NCBI RefSeq assembly: GCF_009914755.1
Contig: NC_060937.1
Reading direction: 5' to 3' (one strand)
DNA from: the human T2T-CHM13v2.0 reference genome, Homo sapiens
Length of the DNA: 64,000 nucleotides
Made by a program: the position numbers and the translations under genes
In this document: positions 1 to 18,199 of the stretch, piece by piece
How the letters are laid out: each line of letters starts with the position of its first letter
How positions within the stretch are numbered: the stretch's first letter is position 1
Notes under the pieces: generated by a model
Database searches by the model: none
Seen by the model: only the letters and a program-made list of their open reading frames with translations
Told to the model about the DNA's origin: nothing

Positions 1-520
<520 letters not shown>

Positions 521-647
521 CACCAAAGAGGTTTAAAAAAAATTACTAAAAGACCTGCTGCCCTATGAATTAGCGTTTCCTTTCAGTCTTTATTTTTGAT
601 GTAGAGTCAAAATGAGACATAGGTTTCATTTTTCAAAAATAGCTTTA

Positions 648-1000
<353 letters not shown>

Positions 1001-1007
1001 AGATTTA

Positions 1008-1346
<339 letters not shown>

Positions 1347-1699
1347 TCATGAAACAGGGAACTGTGACCCCAGAAGAGATGTGGGGTTCCCAAACTTGGA
1401 AGGGGATGAGAATAAATCTGGTGGGAAATGTTGGCTAATAGGACACATGGGAACCACTAGCCTAAAATTCCATAAAGGCATTCCAAAGTTTACATCAACA
1501 TTTTCCCTGTCCTCTCAAAAAATAATCAAGGTGGGGAGGTGAGTTTTTGTGATACTAAAACACAGCTTACATTGAGCAGATCTTCCTGAGATCCACTAAC
1601 ACTAACAGAACCTTTGTGACTGAATGCTCTACACAGTACACTTGGGGATGCTTACTTTGTCTGATTTGTAAAAAAACAAACAAAAATTAAAGCATAACT

Positions 1700-2440
<741 letters not shown>

Positions 2441-3037
2441 AAAAATGTGTTTAAGGAATGATCACAGAGTTAATTCACCCATATAAACCTCCACCTGGAT
2501 CAAGAAATAGAATATTAGCAGTACAGCATACTTTCCTTGATATCACTTGATACCCAGTGGAAAATCCATTCTTGAGTATAATAAGCAGTCCATGTGGATC
2601 ACATTTAATAGTTACCTCATCTTTTTTCGATTTCTTATAATATCCTTCAAATGGGTTTTTTAAAACCCTAAAATCTCTTAACAAAGAAGATGAAAACTTC
2701 CATCTCAATTTCAGTTTCTCTGGGGGAAGACCTTGTCCCAGCTACCCTGTTCTTAATCTACTCTAAGGTAGTGCAGACACAGTAAATTACCTCCCTGCTC
2801 CGTAAGGGTAGATAGGCCGTGACTATGTGAAAGTGCCTGGCTGAGGGTCACAAGCCAGAATTGAAATTTAGTCTTCTCTACCATTTGGTTCCTTCCACTA
2901 TCACTTTCTTACAATAGAGGCTTTCTTTGACCACCGTGGTTAATGTAGTCTCCTGCCCCATCCAGTCGCACTCTGGCACGGATTGCTGTTGTCCACCTAT
3001 AGCCATTCTCTTCTTCTGGAATTTTAGCTGAACTCAT

Positions 3038-3228
<191 letters not shown>

Positions 3229-3636
3229 TGACTTAAAAAAAAAGAGAATTAATAGGATAGTTCTACTTGGCCATAAATTAAATCATGAAGAGAATTTCAA
3301 TAAATTCCCCCCAAACTTCAAAAGTCTGTCCTTTGAAAAACTAATATGACTTGTGTAATTTTTTTTCCAGAGCAATCATTTATGAGAGTGACAAAAAGAA
3401 AGCCGAAAGTAGAAAATTTTTTCCTCCTCTAACTTTCTATTATGGTATTTGATTCACCAGTCATTTTCTTCCCAGGGACCCCTGGAAATGCACTTTTTAG
3501 AAACAAGGCAAGAAATAGAAAATCAACTGAAATTGCTCCTGATATAGAGTGGTGACTTTGTCCTAGCTATCTCATAAAATTCTATACGAATTAACTCAAC
3601 AAGCCTTACAAGAAAATGAAGAAACAAAATCACCCT

Positions 3637-3900
3637 ATATTCCAGTTATCCATTGCTGCACAACAAACCATCCTAACGCTTAGTATCTTAAAACAACAAT
3701 TTGTTATCTATCCTGGTTCTGTGGTGGACGGGGCAGCTCAGCTGGGTGGTCCCTACTTTGATCCCTCATGTGGTTGCCATCAGATAAGACTGAATGTCCG
3801 GGATGGTTTCTTCACCCACACATCTGATACCTCAGCTGGAATAGCTGGAAGAAACAGGGGCTGGCTGGGCCTCTCTCCACACAGTGCCCGGCCTAAAGCA
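3637..3900 (-). mobile_element. MLT1-type (MaLR) LTR fragment
   Basis: TATCCATTGCTGCACAACAAACCA..CTTAAAACAACAAT..GGGCAGCTCAGCTGGG resembles an antisense MLT1 end. Confidence 0.5.
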
Positions 3901-5210
3901 GGCTAACTCTTACAAAGTTGCAAAATCACAGCGAAGATATTGAAGTAGCAGGTTAGTTAATGGTACAAGCAATTTCACTTCATCGCAATGAACTTCTTTC
4001 CCATAATATTTAATGTATCCCAGATTCATTTCTAAGCTTAATTACTATACTAATTCTTAGAAACACTTTAAAGCTAGTAAATAATACGTCTTGGAAAGAT
4101 CTAAGTGAATAAATAATACATCTAGAAAGATTCAGAACAATTTAAACTATTCTACCAATCTGCATAAACTAGCCACTAGTTCATGCTAGTGGGTCACAAA
4201 AGGGTAAAAACAATGAGCCCCTTCTCCCAAGTGGCAGGATGGCAGAACACGAATGTCATAGCACAAGTGAGGTTTACAGGCTCTGTGGCTACTTTGCTTG
4301 TGCAGTAAGATGTATCATATTCTGCTGTTTGTTTTATGCCATTTTCCATCATACTTAGTCTATGCACTTGATAGGCAATCAAATGTAATTGATTCTATTA
4401 ATTGCTTTTCAGTCACTAGAATTGCCCATATATGTAACTTCATTTCCCAATGAATATGTCTATAAATCTGTATATTTTATGTCCAAAGTAATCCTTTTCC
4501 CTAAAATCAACTCTGAATTAACTTTCAATGCCTCTGTGTAAAAATGCATGTAAGACTTTTTCCAATAAAATCAGGAGGCAGCATAAACATGCCCAATATG
4601 GTAATGAGAATAATAATACCACTAACTGCCATCGTTGCATACTAAACCATTTACATTCTTATCTCATTTAATTTTCTCATTGACATCAGAATTATCCAAC
4701 AAGATCAGTCCGATGTCACAGCAGATGTATGAAACCCTGTAGCAAGGAGTCCAGGAATGGTCAATATTTGAAAATCCAACTAGCCAGGTCAGCAATGGCC
4801 CCAGTCTTCTGAGGTTTGCTCTTTGTGAAATAAGCCTGCAGAATAAACCCAGTTGTCCAGCAGTTTCAGCTACCTACTTCAATTTACTTGTGGCTCCACT
4901 AGCAAAAGTATTAACGGATTATGAACATCTTTCCAAAGGCGGTGTACTAGCTGAAGTCACAAAAAGAAGGAGAAAATGAGGCTGGATGGGCTCACTGGGG
5001 ACGTAACTCATCATGAGGCTTCCTGATTTGGGTGATGGATGATGTGTGTGGTACTACACTGGATGTGGTATTTCCCATCTTTTTTCCTAGGTGGATTAAG
5101 AGCTTTTTTGTCTCTGCATCTTCCAAGTTGAGACTTTTTTTCTTTCTTTCTGGAACACACATATATATACATATCTCCAGCTGGTCTATCTTAAAAACCA
5201 GATCGAACTA

Positions 5211-5508
<298 letters not shown>

Positions 5509-7084
5509 GCAATAGATGAACATGCATGCATGTTTATATAATATATAGATAGATGATATTAGTGTAAATGTATAACATTGTGTGAAAAATGTAGCTTTAG
5601 TCCCCTTGGAATACACAGATGAGTATGACTTGCTCCCTGCTTCAAGGGGCTGCTGATCCAGCAGGGATCACAGATGTGGAGCAGGTAATAGAACAAGATA
5701 TGTAATGCAACAGGTGCCTGGGCTGTGGGGGCCCAGAGAGGTTGCACCCAGATGGATGAGTCTCCTAGAGCCCATTACCTCCTTCACAAGGTCTTTAGTG
5801 CCCAAAACCGAAGGACAAAGTAAGGGGGAGGGGCACGGAGAGGCCCGCAGCAGCAGAACTTACGGGAGATGGGACGGAAGAGGAAGTGGTTGCGTGCCCT
5901 TCAAATTAGATTGTCTAGATACTTGTCTTTCCCCTCTACGTAAGATGACTCATTCTTAGTATATTCATGTTTAAAGTTGCTTTGGATTTTAAGTGCATGG
6001 AAGACCAGGATCATGTCACACTAATGTGTATGGCACAGCATATGACATAGAACTATGCTGAAACTGTGCTTAGCACATAATTTTTGGAGATGACAGAGAT
6101 ATGACCAGGCAGAACTGTCCTCAGGTCAATTTCTAAAGTACATCAAAGTACTCTGGTTCCCCCCGCCCATCCTCTTGACTTCTTGTACTCATTCTCTCCT
6201 GTCCCTTGGCCTGTCTCTATGTTGCCTTTTAGCTTCTCAGAGCCTCCTTGCTTTGGGTCTCACCCAGGCCTGACACCCTTGCCAAGACCTCTCTATATTA
6301 GCCTTTCGTCCCCTCTCCTACCTGCCAAACTTCTCTGTCATCTGTCCACCAGGGGGAGGGCTATATTATTCAACTAACACTAATGTACGAAAACCCACAT
6401 TGCTAGCTTATTGTACTAACTATCTCAAGAAAATTTAATTTTTAAAAGAGGTGCTTGCAAATTTCAATAAGCAAAGGCTTCGTCTGAGATTATTTTCTTT
6501 TTGCATTCCTGGCCCTCTCAAGTTATGCCTTCGGGAAACTGCTTCTCTAAGGGCTAACCCAAGCTGGCCCTTAGATGTATTTGTTATGTTCAAGTGCCCT
6601 CTGGAGGCAAAAACAGTCTCCTATTAGATAAAAGACAGGTCTGCCAAACACCCACAAATGATTGGTCCCTGTGCTGTGGGGTCCATTCATTCCTTTCCAT
6701 CTTTCTTTGTGCAGGTCTAGCACAGCCCTGCCTCCGGGCCTTCAGCTTAGGCACGGAATCTTCTTTGGCCTGGAATAGCCATTCTAAAGACTGTCCCACG
6801 ATTGGTTCCTTCACATCATCCACTTTAGCTCAGCAGGGCTTTCTCAGGAGTGCACCACATCTAGCCAAGCCAACCTTCCCACTCTGTCATGTCATGCTGT
6901 TTCCTTGTCTTCCTGCATGCAGCACTATCTGAAATAATCTTCCATTCATTCAACACATTCCTTGAGTGCCTGATCATATGCCCTGTCTTATGCAGTTGAG
7001 ATAGATCAAGGTACAAATACAACACGTTCTCTATCCTAGTGGAATTTACAGGCCTTGTGAATTACATGGTTTCCTTTTTCATCA

Positions 7085-7222
7085 TCAGCCTCCCGGCTAG
7101 AATGTAAGCTCTGGGAGAGCAGGGACCTCTGTCAGCCTTGTTCACTACTTTATCCCAAGAGCCTAGAACTGTGACTGGTACATCCTTCATGGTCAATCAA
7201 TATTTGTGGAATGAATAAACAA
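7085..7222 (+). mobile_element. L2 3' end fragment
   Basis: CTAGAATGTAAGCTC..GAGAGCAGGGAC..TCAATATTTGTGGAATGAATAAA is a typical L2 terminus. Confidence 0.6.
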
Positions 7223-7586
7223 ATGTTTATATTAGCCAGGCACAATGGCTGTAGCAAGAGGATACCTTGATGCCAGGAGTTCAACACCAGCCTGAGCAAC
7301 ATAGCAAGACTCCCATCTCTAAAAAAAATTGATTTTTAAGTTTATATTTTCTATCAGGATACACAACTAACATTTTAAACTTCTTTTGCCGTGACAAAGT
7401 TAATTCATTCCATTATCACAACTATAAAAAATGAGGCAAATTATATACATCATTATTATTCAAATGATCAGTAACAACAATAGTTAGCATTTGTTGACCA
7501 CTTACTAAGTACTAGAGGCTATAAGTGCTTTATATGTATTGTCTCATCTTCACAAATTTTTCTGAGGCAAGTAACACCATTCTCCC

Positions 7587-7912
<326 letters not shown>

Positions 7913-8553
7913 TGAGAAATTTGAGGCTTACAGGAGCTTCTTACCATCGCAAAGTCATCAGGTGGGAGAGCCAGCTTTTGGGGACTGGTCAGTCGACCCA
8001 GAGTCCATGCTGTCAACCTCCACCACACAGCCACGTTCACATCATGATGTCTGCATCACTCAGCAGCTCCCTCTACCATCTTCTAAAGAAACTCTACACT
8101 CTCTTAGCAGGGCCTGTGAGACCCCACGAGATCAGCCCCACCTCCTTTGCTAGTCTCCTTCCTGTTACTTCTCCTCCTACCCTGACCAGAGCCCCTGTAG
8201 CTCCCGGACACGGGACATGGTCATGGCTTCCCCACCTCCTTGCAATCTTATGGTGTGTTCCCTCCTTCTGCCCTGCCTAACTCCTCCTGCTTCAAGGCTC
8301 AGCTCTTGCCCCCTCCAGACCCTTTCCTGGTGCTCTGGGTGCCCATGCACTGCTGCTCCCAGCTCCTTGTGCCTGGCTCTGTGATTCTTAGTGAATGGAA
8401 TGAGGTGTGGCTTTTCATCTCCAAATTTCCAGTGCTTAATTGGAACAGAGAGGTTGGCAAAATACTTTGAATGATGGTGCATTTGGGAGTTGGCCATGTT
8501 TTACAACTTTAGGCACAGTGACGAAAAGAATACTATTGTAAATAAGAGGGTTA

Positions 8554-8890
<337 letters not shown>

Positions 8891-9355
8891 AAGAAGGTTA
8901 GAATGTGGCCCATGGAAGTCCTCAAAGGTGCAATCACATGAAGCTGAGAAGCAGCGGCATGGAGCAGGGAGTACTTAGAGCGTCACCTGGCAGAACCTGA
9001 TCTTTCCTCTTATTCCCACCCCAAGAGACTTTTCTGACTCATCCAGCTGGAAGCAGAGAGGCTAGGATTTTCCCTTCAGGTGTCTGACCCAGAGCCTTCA
9101 TGCTAAGTCCTAAGGTGGTGTCTCAACTGTGCTGGGCCTTTATTTGTGTGTCCTTTCAATGGTTGTATCTGCCTACGTTTGACCAGAATAATTAATTTAA
9201 TGAAAGCACTTTAAAAATGTTTATAAACAGCTAAGTATCTAGTGATGGGTGCCATATAAATATTTAGATACAAAGGGTCTAAATTCAGATTATTTTTACT
9301 GGGGGAACCATTATTAATGTAATTATAAAATAGTACATTGCAGATATGTACACAC

Positions 9356-9388
9356 GAGAGAGAGAGGGGAGAGAGAGAGAGAGAGAGA
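9356..9388. repeat. (GA)n microsatellite
   Basis: Interrupted GAGA run. Confidence 0.85.
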
Positions 9389-9559
9389 AGCTGTGTACAC
9401 TTGCTACTTCACAACAATGATACAATTCAACAGATTTATGACAATGATCCCTTTAGACAGATACTAAAACTCACCAGGGGCAGAGCCCTGGGCCAGTCAA
9501 GGAGAAGTCACAGCTCCTAGGCCTCAGCAGGGAACGCTAAGATACAAGCACTTGCCCTT

Positions 9560-9864
<305 letters not shown>

Positions 9865-11283
9865 TTACTTGCACTTGTGGTTGAAGCCACAGGGGGCATG
9901 AGTTCAGCAGGGACTCCTGCCGGCTGCTCCAAGCCACTCTCCCAGCACTCCCTGCTCTACTCTCCTGCAGAACCAAACTGCCTACCGTTCCCCAAACGTG
10001 CTCTGCTGGTTCATACCTCTATGCCTTTGCATGTTTCCTCGGACTGGAATGCTCGGTCCATGCAGAGTGGACATGCGTCATGTTTTCTGGCTGCTTAGCA
10101 GGGTTTGAAAACCCTGCCTATGTTCTGGGAATTTCCTAACACACGAATGAGTCCTGCCAGATGCCAGAGATCTCACTCGGCCAGGCTTCTTTGCAGAGCA
10201 GGGTACAGGCACATGACTGAGCCTCCCTCCATCAGCTTCGTCTACACGAGATACCAACTTAGAGATGAGCAACTCAAGGCAGTGGACGCGGTGTGGAAGT
10301 GATGTATCAGGCAATGCTGGTAACGCAGGCACCAGGCTTTGGAGGAGCAATAGTTACCAGGCTGTGGCCCTGGCACAAGAAGGGGCAGCGTCACAAACCA
10401 TCACATCCAGAGCTCTAAAGGGGCAGTGGCAGTGGCTTCCACTGCAGCCCAGGTCTGCAGTGGGTGTAGGGCCTTGTTTCGGGACGCTCTTCACAGCACT
10501 TTACCTCCCCATCCATCAAGCAGAAGAGTCACTCTATATCCTTGTAATCCTTTTAATCAATCCTTTTTGTGCTTTTCTTGATTACAACTAAGAGCCTGGC
10601 CTAATTGCAAGTCTTCCAGCCCCTGTGGTAGGTGATACACCAACCTACATTAATCCTCTTAATGAAAGGCCACTTGCTTTGCAAAATCCATGTTGGCGTG
10701 GAGGTCTCCTGTGGGCCTCCCCTGAAACCTTCTATTCCATCCCTCATCTATGCCCCCCTGGGATGCCCTCGCTACCCACACGCCTCTCGCCGCATGCCCC
10801 CCTGGATTATAATTGCTTGTTTCTTCCTCCTCCGCTTGGGCCATGATTTCTTTCAAGCTAGCCGTTGACTCTTTCACTTCTGCATTTCCAGCAGTTAGTT
10901 TGGGTTGACACCATCCAACACAGGATAGGTACTAAAGGGAAGTTTGTTACTGATAGGAAGGAATGCTCCAATTTGCTTTCCGAGAACCAGGAATCAGAAA
11001 CAGGTGCTATGAGGTGACTGCGTCTAACATAGATCTCGGTGAATGGCAGGGATTTCAACAGGCGGAATTGGTGGGGATCATCCTGCATATGACATGTAAT
11101 CCGCTTTTTGAAAATTACTATATCCCTCAGCATTTTCCTGTATCCTTAATATGCTGTATGGGACATTCTCAGTTGTCCAACAACCCTTTCCTTGCCCTTC
11201 TTTTTTTCTGGTTTGGGTGATGATGTCTCCAGGAAGGTGGACCCTCCCACAGCCCCAATGGGATGAGTCCTCATTGCTCCAAA

Positions 11284-11610
11284 CCAGGGGTTGACCAACT
11301 ACAGCCTGCTAGCCAAATCTGGCCTGCCACCTGTTTTTGTATGGCCTCACACCATACAAAATGCTTTTTATAGTTTTAAATGGTTGGGGGAAAAAAATTA
11401 TTTGCGACAGGTAAAAATATATATAAAATTCAAGTTTCAATGTCCACAGAGACACTGGAACACAGGCATACGTATTTGTTTCCGGTATCTCTAGCTGCTT
11501 TGGCTGTACAACAGCAGAGCTGAATATATGTGACAGGGACCGCACGCCCTGCAAAGCCTGACATATTTACTGGCTGGTTCTCTTCAGAAGAAGCTTGCTC
11601 ATCCTGTTCT
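11284..11610 (+). mobile_element. MER58-type hAT-Charlie MITE, nested in an MLT1-like LTR (~11210-11930)
   Basis: CAGGGGTTGACCAACTACAGCC..GCCAAATCTGGCCTGCCACCTGTTTTTGTA start; flanks resemble MLT1 (GCTGTGGCAGCCATCTTG). Confidence 0.65.
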
Positions 11611-11955
11611 CAAGCAATCATGCTAATACCAATCTCCTCCAAGTGTTGATATTTGGGAGGAGCATGAGACCTATTTCTCGGCCAATGAAATACAAAAGGA
11701 AGCCTGACAGAGGGCTGCTGGGAAATATTGTTTTCCCTGATGAGAGGGAGATACGTGAGCGTGCTTCCTTTTTGCCTTTGGATGTTGCCTGTGAGGATGT
11801 GACAGGCAGAGCTGTGGCAGCCATCTTGTAGTCATGAGGGAAAAGCTAGGAGAATCATAGAGAAGCTGCCCCAGATATTATTGAGCTGTTAAATTAACCA
11901 GCTCTGGAACCTCCTACTTCTAGGATTTTTTTTAACATTCAAAATAAATACACTA

Positions 11956-12250
11956 GGCTGGGCACATTGGCTCATCCTGTAATCCCAAGACTTTGGGAAG
12001 CTGAGGTAGGAAGATCACTTGAGCCCAGCAGTTTGAGACCAGCCTGGGCAATATAGTGAGACCCCTGTCTCTAAAAAAAAAAAAAAATTAGCTGGGCATA
12101 GTGGCACACACCTATAGTCCTAGTTACTGGGGAGGCAGAGGTGGGAGGATGGCTTGAACCCAGGAGTTCAAGGCTTCAGTGAGCTATGATCACGCCACTA
12201 CTGCAGCCTGGGCAACAGAGCAAGACCCTGTCTCTAAACAAACAAATAAA
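11956..12250 (+). mobile_element. AluJ-type element
   Basis: Alu dimer with (CAAA)n tail. Confidence 0.85.
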
Positions 12251-12737
12251 CTGATAGTTGGGCATTCTGTTAATTGTGGCCAACTTGTCCTAAAGCATAT
12301 GATGTGAGAAGAGTATTTCCTCTTATTGATGAACCATAAAATTTTAACCATTTATGAGCATTTTCCCTTATTTGCTATTATAAGTTTCATATTTTAAAAA
12401 ATATATATCTTACAAATTCAAATTTAAGGCTTATTAACTGTCAGAGGGAACATAGAGAAATAAAATAAAATAAAAACAAATTTAAGGCTCATAAAATATG
12501 TGCCTCAGCTCGTGCCTTCTCCCTCTCCCTCTTCTGCTTCCTTCTGCTCCCTCTTCCGCTCGCCATTTCTTTCCCTGTACCATTAAAACGTTGCCAAGGA
12601 AAAGACAAATTATAAAAATTGCCCACCCCAAAACACTGTTCTAACAAGTCTTTTACTGGATGCAGATCGCCCTCTTATTCTACGTAGACTGACAGAAATC
12701 CAAATCCATGTTTATTTATTTAAAATATAAATTCCAT

Positions 12738-13055
12738 TATGGTTATTAGAGGCTGGGAAAGGCAGAGGGAGGAAAAGATAGGGAGAGATTGGTCAACAGA
12801 GATGAAATTTAAGCTAGATAAGAGGAACAAATTCTAGCACTGTAGGATGAATATAGTTAACAATAATTTATTGTGTATGTTCCAAGAGCTGGAAAAGAGA
12901 TTTTGAATGTTCCCAACACAAAGAATGAGAAATGTTTGAGGTGAGGCCTATGCTAATTGCCCTGATTTGACCATTACACATTGTGTACATGTATTAATAT
13001 ATCACTCTCTACCCAACAAATATGTACAATTATTATATGTCAACTAGAAATAAAA
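12738..13055 (+). mobile_element. L1M(A)-type 3' UTR fragment
   Basis: GGTTATTAGAGGCTGGGAA..GATTTTGAATGTTCCCAACACAAAGAA..TATGTACAATTATTATATGTCAA matches the L1MA 3' end pattern. Confidence 0.7.
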
Positions 13056-13180
13056 GGAACAAATAAAATAACATAAATTCTACCTGACTCCAAAAAAGAC
13101 TTGTGGGAGTTTTCAATAAAAGTTACATCAGCAAGCCAAGAATATTTAATGGGTACTAAAATTGCATAATCAAAAGCAAG

Positions 13181-13460
13181 TTTTCTTCTTCTTCTTTTTT
13201 TTTTTTTTTTTTTGAGACAGAGTCTCGCTCTGTCACCCAGGCTGGAGTGCAATGGTGCGATCTCAGCTCACTGCACTGCAACCTCCGCCTCCTGGGTTCA
13301 AGCGATTTGCTTGCCTCAGCCTCCTGAGTAGCTGGGATTACAGGCACCCGCCACCATGGCCAGGTAATTTTTGTATTTTTAGTAGAGATGGGGTTTCTCC
13401 ATGTTGGCCAGGCTGGTCTCAAACTCCTGACCTCAGGTGATCTGCTGGCCTCAGCCTCCC
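13181..13460 (-). mobile_element. AluS-type element
   Basis: Antisense Alu, 5' end truncated. Confidence 0.9.
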
Positions 13461-13881
13461 ATTTTCTTTCTTATTAACTATAAATATATTTGAGTCAGAG
13501 ATGTTTTATGCTGTTGATCTGCTTGCAACTCCAATTAACTCACTTTGTGAAAACATGCCCCATGTGGTATAAGAACCAGGGATACATTTTGTGAAATTAT
13601 TTCTCCTTTTAGTGTCATTAACCAGTGCATTGTGAAATTTTGTTGAAATAGCAAATGCTTGCTTTTCCATGCAGACATTCCAAGTCTGTCCTCTCACCTC
13701 TGACCTGCGTCACACTTGCCACCCATCACAAAGCCAGCTGCTTTGAAATCTCTGAATCGTGCAATTCCAAGTACAGCAAACGGTTACCTGGAGCAGAGAG
13801 GTCAGTGTGTTGACGTGTTTCCTGTTTGGAACCTAGGTCTGAAATACCATTGAATTGAGCTACCTCTATAGACAGCAGTGA

Positions 13882-14280
<399 letters not shown>

Positions 14281-14499
14281 TAGTGCCAATCAGATGATTT
14301 TACAATCACTTCTCTGAGCATCTGAGAGATAGGAAGCATTTTTAACATCTATATATTTATTTCTTTCTTCCTAAAATAAAGATAGCAGAAAGAGCCACTG
14401 TTGTGGGGGATTTTAAGCTGTGGAGGTGACTTTTATAAAATATTATAGAAGGAGATGTATTTCAGAAGAAAGAACTTCCAGTTCCTGCAGCCCTTTTGC

Positions 14500-14788
14500 C
14501 TTTTTTTTGAGACAGAGTCTCGCTCTGTCACCCAGGCCAGAGTGCAGTGGCCCAATCTCGGCTCACTGCAACCTCCACCTTCTGGGTTCAAGCAATTCTC
14601 TGCCTCAACCTCCCAAGTAGCTGGGATTACAGGCACCTGCCACCATGCATGGCTAAATTTTTGAATTTTTAGTGGAGACGGGGTTTCACCATATTGACCA
14701 GGCTGGTCTTGAACTCCTGACCTTGTGATCCACCCGCCTCAGCCTCCCAAAGCACTGGGATTACAGGCGTGAGCCACCACATCTGGCA
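14500..14788 (-). mobile_element. AluS-type element
   Basis: Antisense Alu dimer. Confidence 0.9.
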
Positions 14789-14813
14789 CCTCTTGCTTTT
14801 AATAAGAAGCCTC

Positions 14814-15204
<391 letters not shown>

Positions 15205-15749
15205 TTAGCGCCTGTGTAATGTGGCCTCCCAACACCTTGGTTTCTTCTCCAACCTCATTCTCACCAGCCATTGGGCTAGGCAAGGGGACACAGCAACTAA
15301 GTTGGACAGAAGACAAATAAATGAGAGTTTGTGCAAAAAACCCAAAAAAGGTAACTTTGTAGACTATGGATTAAAAATCTGAGCAAAATTCCGATAGTTT
15401 CTTATAGAACAAATTGGGAGGCATGGAGAGGAGAAATGTGGAAGGCTTGGGAGTGATGAGAGTTTGGAACAGCCCTTGTCAGGATAGGAGAGGAAGGGGC
15501 TCAAGGAAGACAAGAGAAAGCACTAGGCTAGGGCCCAATGGCTCGAGGAGAGTACCAAGCGCCCTGCATGGTGGACTGTTCCAGCAGGCTGATGGAACAC
15601 AGGGGGTTCAAAGGAACCAGTGATGCAGTCATGCTGTGGCTGGGGTTTACAAAAGGCTAAGTGACTCACTAAAGGTCACACAGGGACATTTACACAAACA
15701 TCCTGGCCCCAAGTCCAGTGCTCTTTCTAATCTATAACAGGGTCTTTCC

Positions 15750-16772
15750 TTTTTTTTTTTTTTTTGACAGGGTCTTGCTCAGTCGCCCAGGCTGGACTGC
15801 AGTGGCATGAACACAGCTCAAGAGCTCTTGCCACAGCTTCCCCAGTAGCTGGGACTACAGGCATGCGCCACCACACCAGGTTTAAAAAAATTTTTTTTTG
15901 TTTTGATTTTTAGTAAAGACAGGGGCTCACTGATACTGTCATTGCAAAAATTATAACCAAGAAAATTATGATGGTCAAAGAGATCTGACCTAACTGACTC
16001 TATCTTGCTTCTAACCTCCAAACTGTCCTTGTTCTGGGTGTAGGCCCAACTAACTCTGGGAGGAGCTTAGATTATAGTTTAGCGTTGAAACAAAGACGAC
16101 AACAGCCCTTTCCCAAAACAAACCCCCTTCCTGCCTGGGGACTAGGCCGCCTTGTAGGACTAACAAATTAGCCACAAGTTTACAAATTATGGTTTAGGAG
16201 TCATGCAGCTGGAGACTGCAAGATTCTAAACCTCCCCAAATAGCTCCTCAGGATGACATCACTATTGTAAAACCTAAGATCACAGATAAGATTGAGATAT
16301 TTTTGCAGAGCCTGTACTTGATGGATTGATCAGCTGGCACTACCCAGATTGATAAACTGCCTCATCTGGTTTTGTGGCCCCCACCCAGGAACCGACTCAG
16401 CGTAAGAGGACAGTTTAGACTCCCTATGATTTCATCTCCAACATGACCAATCAGTACTCCCACTCACTGGCCCCCTACCCACCAAATTATCCCTAAAAAC
16501 TCCAAACCCCGAATTCTTGGGGAGATTGATTTGAGTAATAATAAAACTCTGGTCTCCTGCACAGCTGGTTCTGCGTGAATTAAACTGTTTCTCTATTGCA
16601 ATTCCCCCATCTTGATAAATTGGCTCAGTTGAGGCAGCGGGCGAGAAGAACCCATTGGGCAGTTACATCACTGTGTTGCCCAGGTTCAACTCGAACTCCT
16701 GGGCTCAAGCAATCCTCCTGCCTCAGCCTCCCAACATGTTGGGATTACAGGCATGAGCCACCACACCCAGCC
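15750..16772 (-). mobile_element. AluJ-type element split by an LTR (pieces 15750-15930 and 16668-16772)
   Basis: Alu sequence ...AGACAGGGGCTCAC resumes as TCACTGTGTTGCCCAGG after the LTR. Confidence 0.85.
15931..16667 (+). mobile_element. LTR8-family (ERV1) solo LTR with 4-bp TSD TCAC
   Basis: TG...CA termini; GAGATCTGACCTAACTGACTC.ATCTTGCTTCTAACCTCC and GGAGTCATGCAGCTGGAG blocks match recalled LTR8/LTR8A consensus; TCAC at 15927-30 and 16668-71. Confidence 0.85.
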
Positions 16773-17116
16773 AAGTCTGTCCTTAATCAGGGTTCCTTTG
16801 GGTCTCATTTTCTTAAGCTGCAAAAGCTATTGGACCAGGTGACATTGCCAACCCCTTTAAGCTGCTGTAACTGTAGTTTCAGCTGCTGGATCTGCTTTCA
16901 GTTAGTTATGTTCCCCATCACTTTGGACAAGTCATCCCAACTCCCTGGCTTGTTTTTGTAACTCGATTACAGTCCAGAAGCCCAAGTTCTAAAGTGCTGA
17001 TTCTGATGAGTGTCCATGTACCAGGCACTCTGATCCCATCATAGCATCTACTACAGCCTGGGAGGTCTACTCAAGTGTGCATTCATGTTAAGCACTAACA
17101 CCAATTAAATCACTTA

Positions 17117-17485
<369 letters not shown>

Positions 17486-17517
17486 TTAAAGTTGTAAAAT
17501 AAAATTACACTGTGTGG

Positions 17518-17520
<3 letters not shown>

Positions 17521-17555
<35 letters not shown>

Positions 17556-17574
17556 AGAGAGAGAGAGAGAGAGA

Positions 17575-17577
<3 letters not shown>
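17521..17577. repeat. Compound (GT)n(GA)n microsatellite
   Basis: Direct reading; lies about 1 kb upstream of SLC25A15 exon 1. Confidence 0.9.
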
Positions 17578-18105
<528 letters not shown>

Positions 18106-18199
18106 TAAATAAGGCCTTAGCCTCCCAACAAGGTCAAAGTAGCTAAAAAGTAAGTCCTCCCAACCACTGACATTACCAGCCCCCAGCCCCCAGTCCCAG

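Noticed and set aside
10659-10877. Resemblance of EEEE...MDF to gastrin/CCK, and of exons E4/E5 to PACAP or motilin-like peptides
   Set aside because: Key residues (GWMDFGRR, HSDG, FVPIFT) are absent and there is no signal peptide; the similarity is superficial
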